Positions 1-14,650 of a DNA stretch of 64,000 nucleotides are shown piece after piece. Each line of letters begins with the position of its first letter. The stretch's first letter is position 1. This DNA is from Dicyema japonicum (taxonomy: Eukaryota > Animalia > Dicyemida), in assembly GCA_011109175.1 (NCBI GenBank), contig RDEW01000027.1, positions 259,800 through 323,799 on the forward strand, read 5' to 3'. The notes below the pieces were generated by a model. It ran no database searches. It saw only the letters and a program-made list of their open reading frames with translations, and was not told where the DNA came from. A program made the translations under genes and the position numbers.

Positions 1-499
1 CATCGATCCAAGTCGAGCGTAAATGGCAGACTGTTTGTTAATGCATTGGTTGACCAAGGCTTGTTCCTTTGCGCCATGGCACATTCTACGAGTTCAACTG
101 GTTATCACTGATTAGATCGAATGCTTCAATTTATTTGCTCAGCTTGCTATTCACCCACTTTGTTGTCAATTTATGGAGGTTAGACGTGATCTGACTAAGG
201 TCCTTCGGAGAGTCACAAACCTCTTTCTTCGGGATAAGGTAAGTGACACCGTGAAAACCAAGCCTCAGGAGTCGATGTTTCCTTTATCACCTTTTCTACT
301 TCTTTGTATAAATGTTCATGGAGTGACGAAATCTTCTTAATAAAGAAATTGTAGATCCCATCACATCCGCACGTTCTCCAATTAGGCAATAGTTTGATTA
401 TTTCCAACAATCCTTCTTTCGAGAACTCAGCATACGTCTCCTCTTCCCCAGTAATCCTTTTGGATATAAAGAATCCCACATCCTTCTTATCTTTTCATT
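1..499 (-). mobile_element. R4/Dong-like non-LTR retrotransposon relic (start of RT domain); continuation of the element at 2174-3220
   Basis: ORF 213-479 contains LPNWRTCGCDGIYNFFIKK, the RT domain-0 motif of R4-type elements. It is joined to 2174-3220 by a target-site duplication (485-499 / 2174-2189). Confidence 0.7.
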
Positions 500-505
500 A
501 TTATT

Positions 506-1494
506 GGTTCCCATTCAAAATGGCCTCTTTCAAAATGGCCTCCAATTAAATTTCTCAGGTTTTGGATAAGTTCATCAATAGACATCACGAGATATTTTAC
601 CAAGGTCCTCGACATCTTTAGGTAAAAAAGTCATCTTTTTTAAATCTTATAAAAATTGATTTTACCAAGGTGCTCGACATCTTTAGGTGAAAAAGTCATC
701 TTTTTTAAATCTTATAATTGAAGCATTGTGTCATATTCATTTTCACTTTTTGATGTTAAAAGACAGAATATTATTGAATTACATGGTGATTAATTATTAC
801 CGATATTGTGAATAACTGCTTCCAAGGAAGCTTTATGTTTTCCGTATTAAGCTCTCTTGACAAATTCACTCCTTGGAAGATGATTGCTTCAGACTCCAAA
901 CTTCATCACACGATTGAATGGTTTTTACAGATCCAAAACAGGTACGACCTGAGCACCTCTAATATGTGCTTTGTCCCTTCTTGTATTTTAAATGGTACAG
1001 ATTTTCATCATGTTCTAAACTTCTATTTCCCTTTCGGTTAACGAGAAACGGCATGCAATAGTGAATCAATTGATTAATTAAATTATTCAAAAGTTTTATT
1101 ATAATAAAAGAAATTAAAAGAAATAATAACTCATTAAATTTAGTTTTGATAAATATAATTAATTTTTACCTCGAAGTCACTTAGAATCTTAAAATCATAG
1201 GGTTCGGAAGACCATGGTAAAATGTTCCACTTACCCATAGGACCTCTTAAAATAAATTTTATAAGATTTAAAAAAGATGACTTTTTTATCTAAAGATGTC
1301 AAGGACCTTAGCAAAATGTTCCACTTACCCATAGGACCCGGTAAAATCAATTTTTATAAGATTTAAAAAAGATGACCTTTTTACCTAAATATGTCGTTTC
1401 GCTAATATCTCGTGATGTTTATTGATGAACTTATCCAAAACCTGAAAAAATTAATTGGAGGACATTTTGAAAGAGGCCATTTTGAATGGACACG
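506..1494. mobile_element. Non-autonomous Mutator-like (MULE/foldback-type) DNA transposon with long subrepeat-containing TIRs and a FLYWCH relic
   Basis: Inverted repeats at about 506-717 and 1210-1494 (ccattcaaaatggcctctttcaaaatg...). TTATTATT flanks both ends (498-505, 1495-1502). The minus strand from ATG 1054 reads MPFLVNRKGNRSLEHDENLYHLKYKKGQSTY*RCSGRTCFGSVKT, which is FLYWCH-like. Confidence 0.8.
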
Positions 1495-2173
1495 TTATTA
1501 TTAGCACTTTCACGAGAGCCATAATATTTATAGCCCCGCATGTGCAGCAAAAAATATGAGAATTAGCTAGGTTGCTCCAAGCTCTTCTGTTCTTTGCTAG
1601 GTCCCTCAGTGAGTCCAGATCGTCACCAGATGCCAATGTTTTCTTCATGGCTTTCAGATCGTTTTGTAGAACGACCGGGAGGGTAATTCTCGGTCTTCCA
1701 CGAAAGCGTTTTACATTGGAGGAGTAGTAATCTTCCATTGCGATATTCGGAGGGGATATCGGGTCCAACCTCAGGACATGTCCAAATAGTCTCCAAAGAG
1801 AACTAATGATCTCGTGGCTTATTGGTGTACAGTCACACTTATTGTACAGTTCATTCCGCGAGATCTTGGATGGCCAGGACATTCCAGTTATGTTTCTTAG
1901 ATGATTCCTGTGAAATGAGTCTAGCCTCTCCAATTCCTCTTTAGAGGTGGCCCAGGTCCCAGAGTTGTATAGTAGGATTGGTTTGATGAAGGTGTCGTAT
2001 AACATAATCCTTTGTTTTATGTTGTACCCTTTCCGTTTTAGCCAAAGATTTTTCAGCCTGTGTAATAGCGCATTTGCCAATGTTTTTCTCCGTATGATGT
2101 TTTCGCTATCTCCTAGTAGAGAGCCAAGTTTCTTTATGTGTCTCTATTTTTCTTCGAGTGAGTTGTTCACTCG
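1495..2173 (-). mobile_element. 5'-truncated RTE-clade LINE, 3' end with (TAA)n tail
   Basis: ORF 1451-2080 has LYNSGTW...WRLFGHVLR...RGRPR. The element ends ggctctcgtgaaagtgctaataataa and is bounded by a 15/16-bp TSD. Confidence 0.85.
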
Positions 2174-3220
2174 TCTTATCCTTTTCATTCCACATGTTTT
2201 TCTAAAAAGCTGAACATTCCTCGATCTCAAAATTGTACACAGAACAGCGGCCTTCCTCTCTCATTTTCTTATAAAAGCGCCTTCTATTAAGCTCGAAGCA
2301 TAAATTGTCTCTTTGAAATTCCTTTCTGGACTTGTGCATCTTAATTTTTTTTAACAATTCTAATCTCTTCATTGATTGTACACAACACTCTCTCAAGATC
2401 TCCTTTTTTTGACTTCTTGTATGCTTAAGCACACAAAGCTTCTTTCGTCGAATCATCATACTTCTGATTTCCCGATGACCCAACTAAGTGCGCTGATTTG
2501 TTCAGCGTGATTCTTTAGTTTTGTAAGTTGCCTATTCATTGATTGCAGACAGTTGCTCTCCTTATGGACAGTAGTAGTAAGTCTTTCATATGAGCATTGT
2601 GTTGCATACAGAATATCTGTAATATCTTCCATTGTATTCGGGAGCATACTATTGGTATAGTATTCCACAGCATTGTTCAATCCGGATAATATATCCTTTT
2701 TGAGAAACTGATAAGGAATGGTTTTCGTTTATCCCGGGGCATCGACTTGATCTCTTGAATCCGGCATGAAAACTCTTCCAAGCATTTAGTGAAACATGCA
2801 ATCTCCGACTTCTCGACGCTCTGCCGATTTCCTTCTTGGTGACACGTAATATTCTTTACATGAGTTTTGAGAAGTAATTTTACGTTTGCCACAGATTTGC
2901 TGGTACCAAACCGCATATTGAAGATACCTGCGATTAACGGCCACCCACCTCAAGGAATCCTTCCAAATCTCGACTTGGCAGTTCCAACAACTTGTGCGAT
3001 CTATTCAGCTTTGTCATCTTGGTCAACCGATTCAGCCATCGTCCGCAGTGACGTGATTGTAGAAGTCATATTATCATGCGAAATTCCCTGTTCCGTTAGC
3101 ACTCCATGGACCACCATGTCTTTGCTAGTGTTGGTTTCTCTTTCATATCCATTCGTAGATAGGTCCTCTGGTAATGTTTCTAACTCATTCTGAGAAACAA
3201 ACATGCTCAACAACAACAAA
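2174..3220 (-). mobile_element. R4/Dong-like retrotransposon N-terminal region (decayed)
   Basis: RDNLCFELNRRRFYKKM...F*KNMWNEK, the motif preceding the R4-type RT; several stops and frameshifts. Confidence 0.6.
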
Positions 3221-3374
3221 TTAATATTTTAGTCCTAGGTATCTTTGATATAATTTTATTTTTGACATTGACGAATAGCGTAGGCCTAGATTGCCACTGG
3301 GGCTCACGACAAATTATCATTAATCAATTAAAATCCGAGAAATAATTAGTCAAGCAACCCAATAGTCTAAATTT

Positions 3375-5201
<1,827 letters not shown>

Positions 5202-5299
5202 ATTTTTAAATCAATTTTAATTTTATTTTAATTAATTAATCAAACTTATAAATCGATAACCCACTTTATTTAACCAACAATAAAAAAGTTAATATTTAA

Positions 5300-6660
5300 T
5301 AATCAACAACCTTCCTTGTTTGCATGTTCGCCAGCCTCCTTAGGCAGGTTGATTCTGGTTGATGAAACAACTCCGAGACCTCTTTGTCCAATTGAACCCT
5401 CTGCCCATATGGTATCTCTGGGCTCTGCTTCCTATACTCCAGTGGACCTCATGAAGGCTTTTAAGTTGATTTTTTCCATCAAATTATTATATTATAATTC
5501 GATCAACACCTTCACATTTACTAGTCACCATCATCAACACAATACTTAGCAGACAAAAAGGTCTGATAGTGCCTAGGTGAGTTGCCCGTGTTTACTCGGT
5601 CGTCACTATGGCGTCTTTGGGCTCAAATTCCACAACACCTATGTAGCCTTGCAGCGAGATAGCATACTCATTTAATATTAGGAACAAATTCATTGCATTT
5701 AGAGATATCTTACATAATAATGTGCTCTTTTACGAATGCCTTCAGTGATTTATCGCTTTGTCTCAGGAATGATAAGGGACTTTGGAGTTTCGGTAACACC
5801 CAGATACTTATATCCTTCGTGTTCCTCTAGGAATCTTACTAACTCGCTACATACTTGCGTGTTAATCACAGACTTGGAATAATTCAAATCTAGTCATATA
5901 CTCTCAAAGAATTCTCTAGCACATACCCCCATGGAGTAGAGCTCCTCGGCTGATCGAGCATACATCTTCAGGTCATGGATAAAAAGGTGATTTATACTGA
6001 AACAAACACCCTCACAATGAACTGGTATTTGCTCAAACCGGTCGTTGAGGCGGCGACTCAATGGCTCCAAACAGAGAACAAAGAGCAATGGAGACATGCT
6101 ATCTCCCTGAAAAATCCCCTCTAGAGTTTTGCCTCACCTATCTGGTGGCTATTATAGTTCAGATTGATAGTCCACCTATTCATCACAGCCACTACATAGC
6201 TGATGAACTATGCAGATATACACACCCTGTAGGCACTCGACAAAGTAAGAATGATCAAGTGAATCATAAGCCTTCTTCATATCCACCCACGTAGACAAAA
6301 GTGAGTTTCCATGAGACACAGAAAGGCACTTGTTGATAAAAGCCTGCTCTTTTGCCCCCTGATTCTCGGAGAAATTTTCATTGGCCTCTACAAAGCTCCT
6401 GACTTCATTAGCAACAAATTTGGTCATCCGCTTATACAGGGGCATGCAGGCTATCGGTAAATAATCTGCAGCAGACTGAGGTTGTCCAGCTTTGAGATCA
6501 AATAAGTTGTCCAGGTTGCAGGCCCAATCAGGAATCGTTTCCGGTTTAGTGATGCTTTTCTGTATTACACGACACATAGACTCGTGCAATGAAGTGCATC
6601 TTTTGATAAAGAAATTATACACTTTATCGACTCCAGTCGTTTTCTAATCAGGAAGACGTC
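5300..6660 (-). mobile_element. R4/Dong-like retrotransposon RT and C-terminal relic
   Basis: DMKKAYDSLDH, SPLLFVLCLEPLSRRLN, NHLF.DLKMY, YKYLG; many lesions. Confidence 0.75.
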
Positions 6661-6699
6661 TCACTACCGCTTCAGATTTCTTGCGAAAATAGAAAAGCT

Positions 6700-8990
6700 A
6701 ACCTATAAATCCCAAAACCATGAGAAGCCAACATCGACTATCTCGGACACTCAGAGATTAAAAAGTGCGATCCGTCGAAAACTTTCGGAAGGTAGTATCC
6801 GTGCTGCCGTGAGGATCCTTGCAGATTAACACAGTATAATTGAGCCGGCTGAACAGTCCTACGCATCACTTGTTGAGCGACATCCAATTCTACCCAACGA
6901 CCACCGGATTCCTCCTTGCCCAGGACAATTACCCAATCTTCTTGTCTCTGAAGAAGATGTAAAAGATCGGATTCTCTCTTTCGTTCCGAGCAGCAGTGGA
7001 GGACTAGATGGGCTCCGTCCGGGTCACCTCAAAGATTTCATTGTCATAACACGGACAACTCTGGGGTCCGGCTCATGAAGCTATTACCAAACTAATGAAC
7101 AGGATGCTATCAGGGACACTACCAGAAACAATTCGACACGTAATGTTCTCCGCCAAGTTAATCGCATTCGACGAAAAAGGAGGGAGAATACGCCTTATTG
7201 CTGTCGGCCTGGTCTTTCGTCGGTTGGCCTCAAACTAGTATGCAGAATAATCCAGCCTACGCTGAAACAGCTACAACCAACCCAAATAGAGGGTCGGCAC
7301 ACCGGGGGTTGTGAAGCGGCAGTTCATGCTGTCCGAACATTCACCGAAAAGAACGAGAACATTCCTCACGTAATCGTCAAAATTGACATTAACAATGCCT
7401 TCAACTCGATACGACGTGATACAATTCTGGAGGATTGCTTCACATACTACCCATCAGTGTACAGCTATATTCATAGCTCGTACGGAAAACCATCGAATAT
7501 GTTACACGGCCAATATTACATTTCATTCTTCTGGAGTCCAACAAGGAGACCCACTGGGGCCTGCTTTGTTCAGCCTGGGAATTACCAGTATCACAGGATA
7601 TTGTTCCACTCCTCTGAGAGTATGGTACTTGGATTATTGCACCATGGGCGGCCATCCGAAGGATGTACTAGATTGTTTGAAAAGTCTGATAGTCCAACTG
7701 GAATCCCTATGTTTAACTCTAAACACCATTTAGTGTGAAGTTAGCAATTTTGAATTTCCGCAGCCTGAATGGAAATTGATCTTTGATATGTTCAGAGAGA
7801 TCATTCCGAAAGCCACAGAAACCAAATCAAAACAACTGGAAACACTTGGATGCCCTCTTACTGAAGCTGGAATCAGTAACACTCTAAGAACAAAAGAACA
7901 TCAACTGAAGTTTAGGGTACTCGATAAAACTGGACTTCCTTACTGGATTGTAGAATGAAAAATTAAGTTGAATTTAATCATAAAATTGAGGAAATCAGAA
8001 TTAAGAGGGGGATATTGCATGGTGACTCTTTATCATCGCATATCATTGAGCTTGTAATTGATTTTCTGGGCAGGGTACTAAATACGAAATACTCCAAAGT
8101 CGTTATTCACAACCCGATCGAGGAGCCGAATGCCGATTAGGATGATTTTCCAATTCCATACAGAATCATCTGAAATCACAGATATGGAACATTTGAAGGG
8201 GATGATGCCTGAGCAGAAAGACCGTTCCAGGACTATCTGCGAGGATAAATATGAGAGGCTTTTAACCAATCAAACCAACAAAAGACGTGCCTGTCTAGTC
8301 ACTGAAATATGCGAATCGGATGGCGCATAGATCAATGCACTCCCCGTTGGTAGTGTCGGGACCCACCTTGATGACGATACTGTCCGCATCTCCACCAGAC
8401 TTGGACTGGAGATTTGCCGACTCACAAATGCCGGTGTGGCGCCACCGTAGATTGTTATGGACACAATGCCCTCTCTTGTCGAAGAAGTGCTGGACGATTC
8501 CCAAGACACAAGGCGATCAACGGAATTGTCAAGCGAGCCCTGGAGTCTGCGGGATACCCAGCCATACTAGAACCTGTTGGCCTGGACAGAGTAGTTAAGT
8601 TGGAAAACGTCCCGACGGATCACAATATTCCCATTTGAAAAGGGAAACTTTGCTCTGGGGCGCTACTTGTGTCGACCCACTTTGCCCGTCCAACATTGTC
8701 GGGAGCGCTGTGGACACACTGTTTACCGCGGAAAAAACGATGAGGGCAAAGGAGAAGAAATTCGAAACGCTACGCGACGATTCGCGTTTTATCCGATTGT
8801 GGTCGAGACAACTGGAATAACTGGAAAATCGCTTCGCTTTCTAAAGCTTAGCTACACTAAAAAGCCACGGCGAACGTGAGACCCGGTGGCTTCTCCAGTT
8901 GATCTCTGTTGCAATCGTGTGAGGCAACGCAACGTCTGTCTGCGGGGTCTACTTTGAATGGATGGCCGTGTTAATTAATTATCTTAATTA
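6700..8990 (+). mobile_element. CRE-like (RLE-type) non-LTR retrotransposon, decayed RT plus zinc knuckle plus restriction-like endonuclease
   Basis: SSGGLDGLRPGHL, RPIAVG, GVQQGDPLGPALFS, WYLD, CRCG..VD.YG.NALSC...RH, EPVGLDR, W.ATCVD, P..VET. Confidence 0.85.
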
Positions 8991-9045
8991 TTCCATTAAT
9001 TAATTTTGTTGTTTAAAAATAATTATATTTTTAAATAAAAAATAT

Positions 9046-10495
9046 TCAATTTCTTGTTAGCTTTTTTGAATATCTACGTTTAACTTGTAAATTTGAATCA
9101 CTAAAAAAATCATCATTGTCGCTAAGGTAAAGTCCGCCGTTTATTATTTTCTTAAGTAATGAGCTTTCCCAATTAAATTCAGCTGTTTTCGAGTCTTTAA
9201 AGCCATTTTGGATTTTGCACAGCTCCTTAATCTTTCTCCAACGATCATTGGATTCATCCGAAAGTCTGTTGACCTCGTACATTGCATTCCTATAACATTC
9301 CTAGCCGCATTACCTGACTGTTAGAACCTCATTGGTTATTTTGGAAAATGAAGTCTTATATTTTAAAATGGAAAAAAATGATTCAGATTTTCTTTGAAAG
9401 TTTTTCTAAACCCTAGGATGAGTTTGTATCACCTTATCCTTCATAACAACAATTTGATCGTTTATGGAGTTTTGAAGGTGTCTTATATATTTCTGCTCAA
9501 CTTTGTAAGTTTGGTGGAGCAAATGCTCCAAATGAGCCCGAATCCCAAACTACAAATATTAAGAACATCAACATCTAATTCGTTCATATAGCCAGAGTCC
9601 TTTGAAGAATTCGAAAGATCACTTTGTTTAGACATTCGCGATACCTCCCAATATCTATCTGAGCATAAAGTCTTTCGATATCAGCGATACTTTTCTCCAT
9701 TTCCTTGGTTAATCTCAGAGCGACTGAGCGATCTTCTTTGAATTTGGCGTTTTGTTTGTAAGAAAAAAACACTCCAACTAAAGCCAAAATGATAGAAAAT
9801 CCAAGTACGCAGTCTTTTAGCACATGATCTCTAACTATTAGATTTTGCATTAAATTTACAAGAAGGAGTGCCAAACAGAATAACTCGCAATGCCATTAGC
9901 TGTATTTTTTTTCTTTCAATTGGATCAGCGATTCCGAGAACCTTTGACTTGAAACTCACATTTGTGGCCAATCTGTTGTAAGTCAAGTTATGACTGGAAA
10001 CTTTAGCATGTCTCTTCCGGAAATACGGCATTTTTCAAAAATTACTTGATATTGTGGCAATTTTACAAATCGATTAAGCCAATGTAACATCTGTTTGTTG
10101 GTCCAGTTGTGAGCTAAAATTAATACGAGCACACGACCAGCCGAAGACTTCCAATCTCGCCACAATTCAAAGCCAGCGTTGTGTACGCTGGAATCATAAA
10201 CCAAGGAATGCTGTTTTGAGGTGTTTGCAAGGCTCATATTTTTGAAAAACTAAAATAATGAAAAATATCCACTTCCAGAGTTTTCTCAAACTCAAAATTT
10301 TGATGTTCGTCGATTTGCTCATAAATATTGAGAATCGCTCTAAACTCCAATTCTTCTTGATCACGATTTTCAATGTCGCAGAAATTCTTAGAAAATTAAT
10401 ACACCCAGACCACAAGATTTTTAGAATCCAAAGCAATCACTAAAGTTATATATTTAATGACTCGTTTGACAAAAAAATAACTGAGTGAAAATCAT
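9046..10495 (-). CDS. STIM: Stromal interaction molecule (STIM) homolog, miniaturised
   Basis: SAM domain HNWTNKQMLHWL...LPQY...KIQLMALRVILFGTP. TM segment KDCVLGFSIILALVGVFFSYKQN. CAD/SOAR LLHQTYKVEQKY...RWRKIKELC. Polybasic tail KRRYSKK. Spliced by hand. Confidence 0.9.
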
Positions 10496-12049
10496 AAAGA
10501 AGCGTCCGAATTGATGGAATTTTATTATATTTTTTTTTAATTTTAAAAATATTTTTTATTTTAATAACAATTAATTATTTTTTATAAAAAAATAAAATTA
10601 CAAAATTTTCTCAATTTTCGACTTATTAGTAGAAAAATAAAATATTTTCGAAATCAATTTAACTTAGAATTCTGAAAGAAGCGAGTATATTTTTGTTTAT
10701 TTACTAAGAAACACCCAGAATTCTATATATTTCTGCTATTACTTGGTGAATTGATCGATTCTTAGCTAAGTTAAATTAGAAATTCGATTCTTAATTGGAT
10801 TAAATAAATTATTAATACTCTAATTAGAGTAAATTAAATATCAGTTTGGAAAATTTAGTGAAATTTAAGGTTCTCGTCTATTTTGGTATTCAGAAGCTAA
10901 GAATTTTTTGTGTCCTTGTATCCTTCATAAAGGGGATTGTAAAATCATACGAAATAGATTTCCAAACATCAAACTATAGATGGTTTAATTGGCTAATTTT
11001 ATCGATATTCGATCGATTAATTTTGGCAATTATCGATAGCAAATCATGTAATAAAGCCGTAATCTGAGTTCTTTTAATTTTGGTCGGTCTAGATTCTAAC
11101 ATGGATCCCACACTTTCTTTGTTCATAACTTTGGGTTTCCGATGTCTCTAGAGTCCGTGACCTAGTTCACGCTCGTGAGAAGCAAGGTCTTTATCAAAAT
11201 ATCACCAGTAATTAAAATTTAAATCAATTTATTAAGAATAGAAAATTAAACAGTTGAAAGAGCACTTAATTTACGGAAGCTTGAATGGCCAGTAATTATC
11301 ATTGAAATATTTTTGCACAAGCTGTTAGACAGTAACACATCAAATTTTAATCCCAGCTTTGTGAATTTGGCGACAACTGAGAAATGCTCCATCAAGAATG
11401 GTCACACCAGAGATCCTACTGAGGCTCCAGACCAGACAAAAAGACGTCGAAATTCCCTCCCATTCAGGGAAGGACTATCCAGAAACTGTGAAGTGCGAGC
11501 CTCTTTATAATAAATTCTTAAGTTAGCAAATTTTTGAGTGCTTCTTCAATTTGCTATGTTAAAGAGTCGGCATTAGGGCGGTCAGAATGACAAGAAAATA
11601 CAAAGATTTAAAGGGTGAATGAGATGAAGTACGTCACGTTTCAAACAAGAGATCACCCATGTGAAAATTTTGATCCCATCATATCTCTTCCTATCTCACG
11701 GTCAAGCCTCGGCTCCTTGATCAGTAAAGGAAACCTAGATGCTGACTCCAGACAACATTTAATAATCTCGTTTAAGAATGGCATGTCTGGGTACTTCTCA
11801 ACGTTCCTTCTGAAGAAAAAAGATGAATCCACTCTCGGTCAACCATGGTCTCACAAAGATACACGTGAGATTCGCAAACATTAAGCCCAACCACAAGCCA
11901 TTGTTATTAAAGAACCTTTTAACTTATAAAACTGCACACATTTTACACGAGGTTTTTACCAGTCAACTACACGACAAAAATAACTACAGTACTTTCACGA
12001 AAGCTATAATACTTATAACTAGAAGTTTCTCAAGTCCTTTTGTAGGATG

Positions 12050-12340
12050 ACCGTCGGAGTTATCCTCTGCCTTCCTCGAAAATGGCCCTCTTGATAGACA
12101 GTAGTTTTCCATTGTTTTGTTAGGTTAGGGTACTAATTTCATCTTAGGATATGTTTTCGAATAGTCTCTAGTGAGACTCCCTTATCTTCAGTCTTATTGG
12201 CTTACCTCCACATTTCTTATAAACTGTTTTACTTGATATTCTGATCGGCCAGCCTGTTTCTATAATTTTTCTCAGATGATTTTTGTGGTAAAAGTCCAGC
12301 CTCTCCACTTTTTCTTTTAGGTAGTCCAAGCCAATACCCT
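12050..12340 (-). mobile_element. RTE LINE relic
   Basis: Degenerate WPIRISSKTVYKKCG..PI...HILR motif. Confidence 0.45.
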
Positions 12341-12794
12341 TAGTAAATTAAACAGTAATTGGGATTAACGAAATTAAAAGTTTTTATATTTTTATTCATG
12401 AATTAAAAAAATTAAGGATTGAATATCTTTTTCCAACAAATGTCTGTAAAGACGTTCGGATGACATTTGATCTGACCGTCGTTCGAATCCGAAAGATGGA
12501 CTTTTCAACGAGGCCAATTCTCGTCAACCAGATTCCAGCCATAAGAAGACGAGAGATTCTCTCACGACACAGTTGTTAAAAGGAACCATCCAATCTCCTC
12601 CTTGACCGACTCCACTGATGAAGATTCCCATAATGAAAACTCTTCCGCCTAAGAATGAAAAGATGTTCGCGATGATAGGACGTGCGATGAAAATAGGAAA
12701 CTGTAATGTTAATATTTTTACTAGGATTCGTTTTTTTTAATTATGAAAATTAAAATAAGGTAGTTAATATAAATTTTTCAAAAGTATTGGAATA

Positions 12795-13536
12795 TCACTT
12801 TTGATGCTTTTGTTGGTGTAACAGTAAATCTCGTTCATTGGAAAAGCTCAAATCGCAATATTTGCACTTTATGTTGGGGCTAAAAGTGACCATTAAAATA
12901 CTCTTCCGTTACCGAAGTTAGTTTAAATTTTGGAGTATTCATGAACCCAAAAAAATCATTCAAATTTGTTCTATCAAATGTAAAAATCAGTTTACGCATT
13001 CAAGAATGAAAATGGGGGGAATAAAAACGGTGGAGGGAAAACATTGGTACTATGGAATGGGAAGAAAGGCTAAACTGTGTCATAAAATTACGTTTTCATG
13101 AAAAAATGAATCGGGGAGAATTCCGCGACTTATCTGATTTTCCTCCCGCAATCTATCATTACTAAAATCACTTCCTTTTTTGTCTTAAGTGAGATTGTTT
13201 GTGACTTTTTAGCATTGCCTTGTTTATACAAGCGTATTCACACTCATCACATTTAAAGTCCTTTACCTTGGTGTGCTTAGATTTCATGTGATATTTAAAA
13301 TGGGTGTTTCAAATCCGTTACAAAGTTGCAATGAGGACATCGGTTTAGACGATTCGTCCTCAAATGCTTCTCAGCCAGGTGGTTGTAGTGATCTCTCTAA
13401 CAGTAAAATCATAACATACATCGTTGACTGACTGATGGTCACAGAATCGGCATAACAGAATAATTCAGTAGTAGTAACCAAAAATGCACATTTTTTCTTT
13501 TTTGGTGAGATTTTTGTTTCCCGAGGACGAATCCAT
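12795..13536 (-). pseudogene. hb: Hunchback-like C2H2 zinc-finger gene with one in-frame stop and two 1-nt frameshifts (pseudogene or assembly error)
   Basis: Reconstructed fingers CRFC..., CPHCNFVTDLK.HFKYHMKSKH, FKCDECEYACINKAMLKSHKQSH and C-terminal CKYCD match Hunchback. Four clean 22-25 nt introns. Confidence 0.75.
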
Positions 13537-14424
13537 GAAGTTTTACCACTCTTAAAAATATCAAAAGCGAATTGTTAAATATTATAGTAACCGCAAAATA
13601 TAATCCTACTTTAATTATTTTGATATAAGATTATAAATTTAAATCAACTTTGAGTTGGTTAATATCAAATACGCATTGATTTGAAAATAAATTCACTTTC
13701 GTACAAAAATTGATTTTGCGTTAATTTTTGGTCTACTTTTCATTTTTTATTTTAAAGGCTTAATCGATGTTTCTTTGAAGAGATACGTTATGGATTATTA
13801 GCAAAATATGGGAAAGTTACGATCCTCCAATTGTTCCATTGCATATTAATTGATTTCGGCATTTTATTCCTTGATCTTGAAACATTCAAAATGTACTTTT
13901 ATAATTTTGTTTTTTGTTTGCTTCGTTTTTTGCTTAATTTGAAATCTATCAAATTTTAATGTATTTTTAATGTTTTTCAAAAAAATTGCATATTTAAAGG
14001 ATTGTGATCTCGTGTCTGCCAAGCATAGCAAACTTAATGAAAGAAATGCGATCCTTGACTCATACATCGCAGCGTAAAATTAATCATAAAAGGATCTGAG
14101 GTCGCAGGAGAGTCCAAGCTGTGTCAGGACTTGTGTTACAAAAATACCCTGTTTACTTTCCATTGGTAATAAAGTTCGTTTATGGTTAATGTCTCTGCCT
14201 AACTTTCTCATACGGTAGCTTTTTTCTTCTCGTTCCTTGATAATTCCACCATATGAATGCTGAAGACAGTATAGCACATGACAGCTATAATAAGATCATA
14301 GTGAGTTATCCTCTCTATAACCGTCAGAAATAATAAATCTTGAAAAAATCGAAGAAACCGAAAAATTGTTTATAAGTGAACTGAAAATAAGCTCCGTACC
14401 AAAAATCATGAGATCCTCTGTTTG

Positions 14425-14650
14425 AATCTTGCTGTCCATTCGGTTTAAGGTTCCACGCATCTACGATGATTTGTGGTTGACGAGTGACGCCATCATCAGT
14501 ATTTCATTACTGCGAACTGGATTGTCTTCTGGGCACTGCAACAAACAAAAAGAACGAGAAGTTAAGAAAACTTTCAATATTAGATATGCCTTGAATTAAT
14601 TTACATTACTGTTCTTGCTTCTTAAAATAAAGCGAGTTCTGCCTAAGGTA
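14425..14650 (+). mobile_element. SINE copy (core region)
   Basis: aaggttccacgcatctacgatg...gacgagtgacgccatcatcagt...actgcgaactggattgtc is shared with five other loci. Confidence 0.75.
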
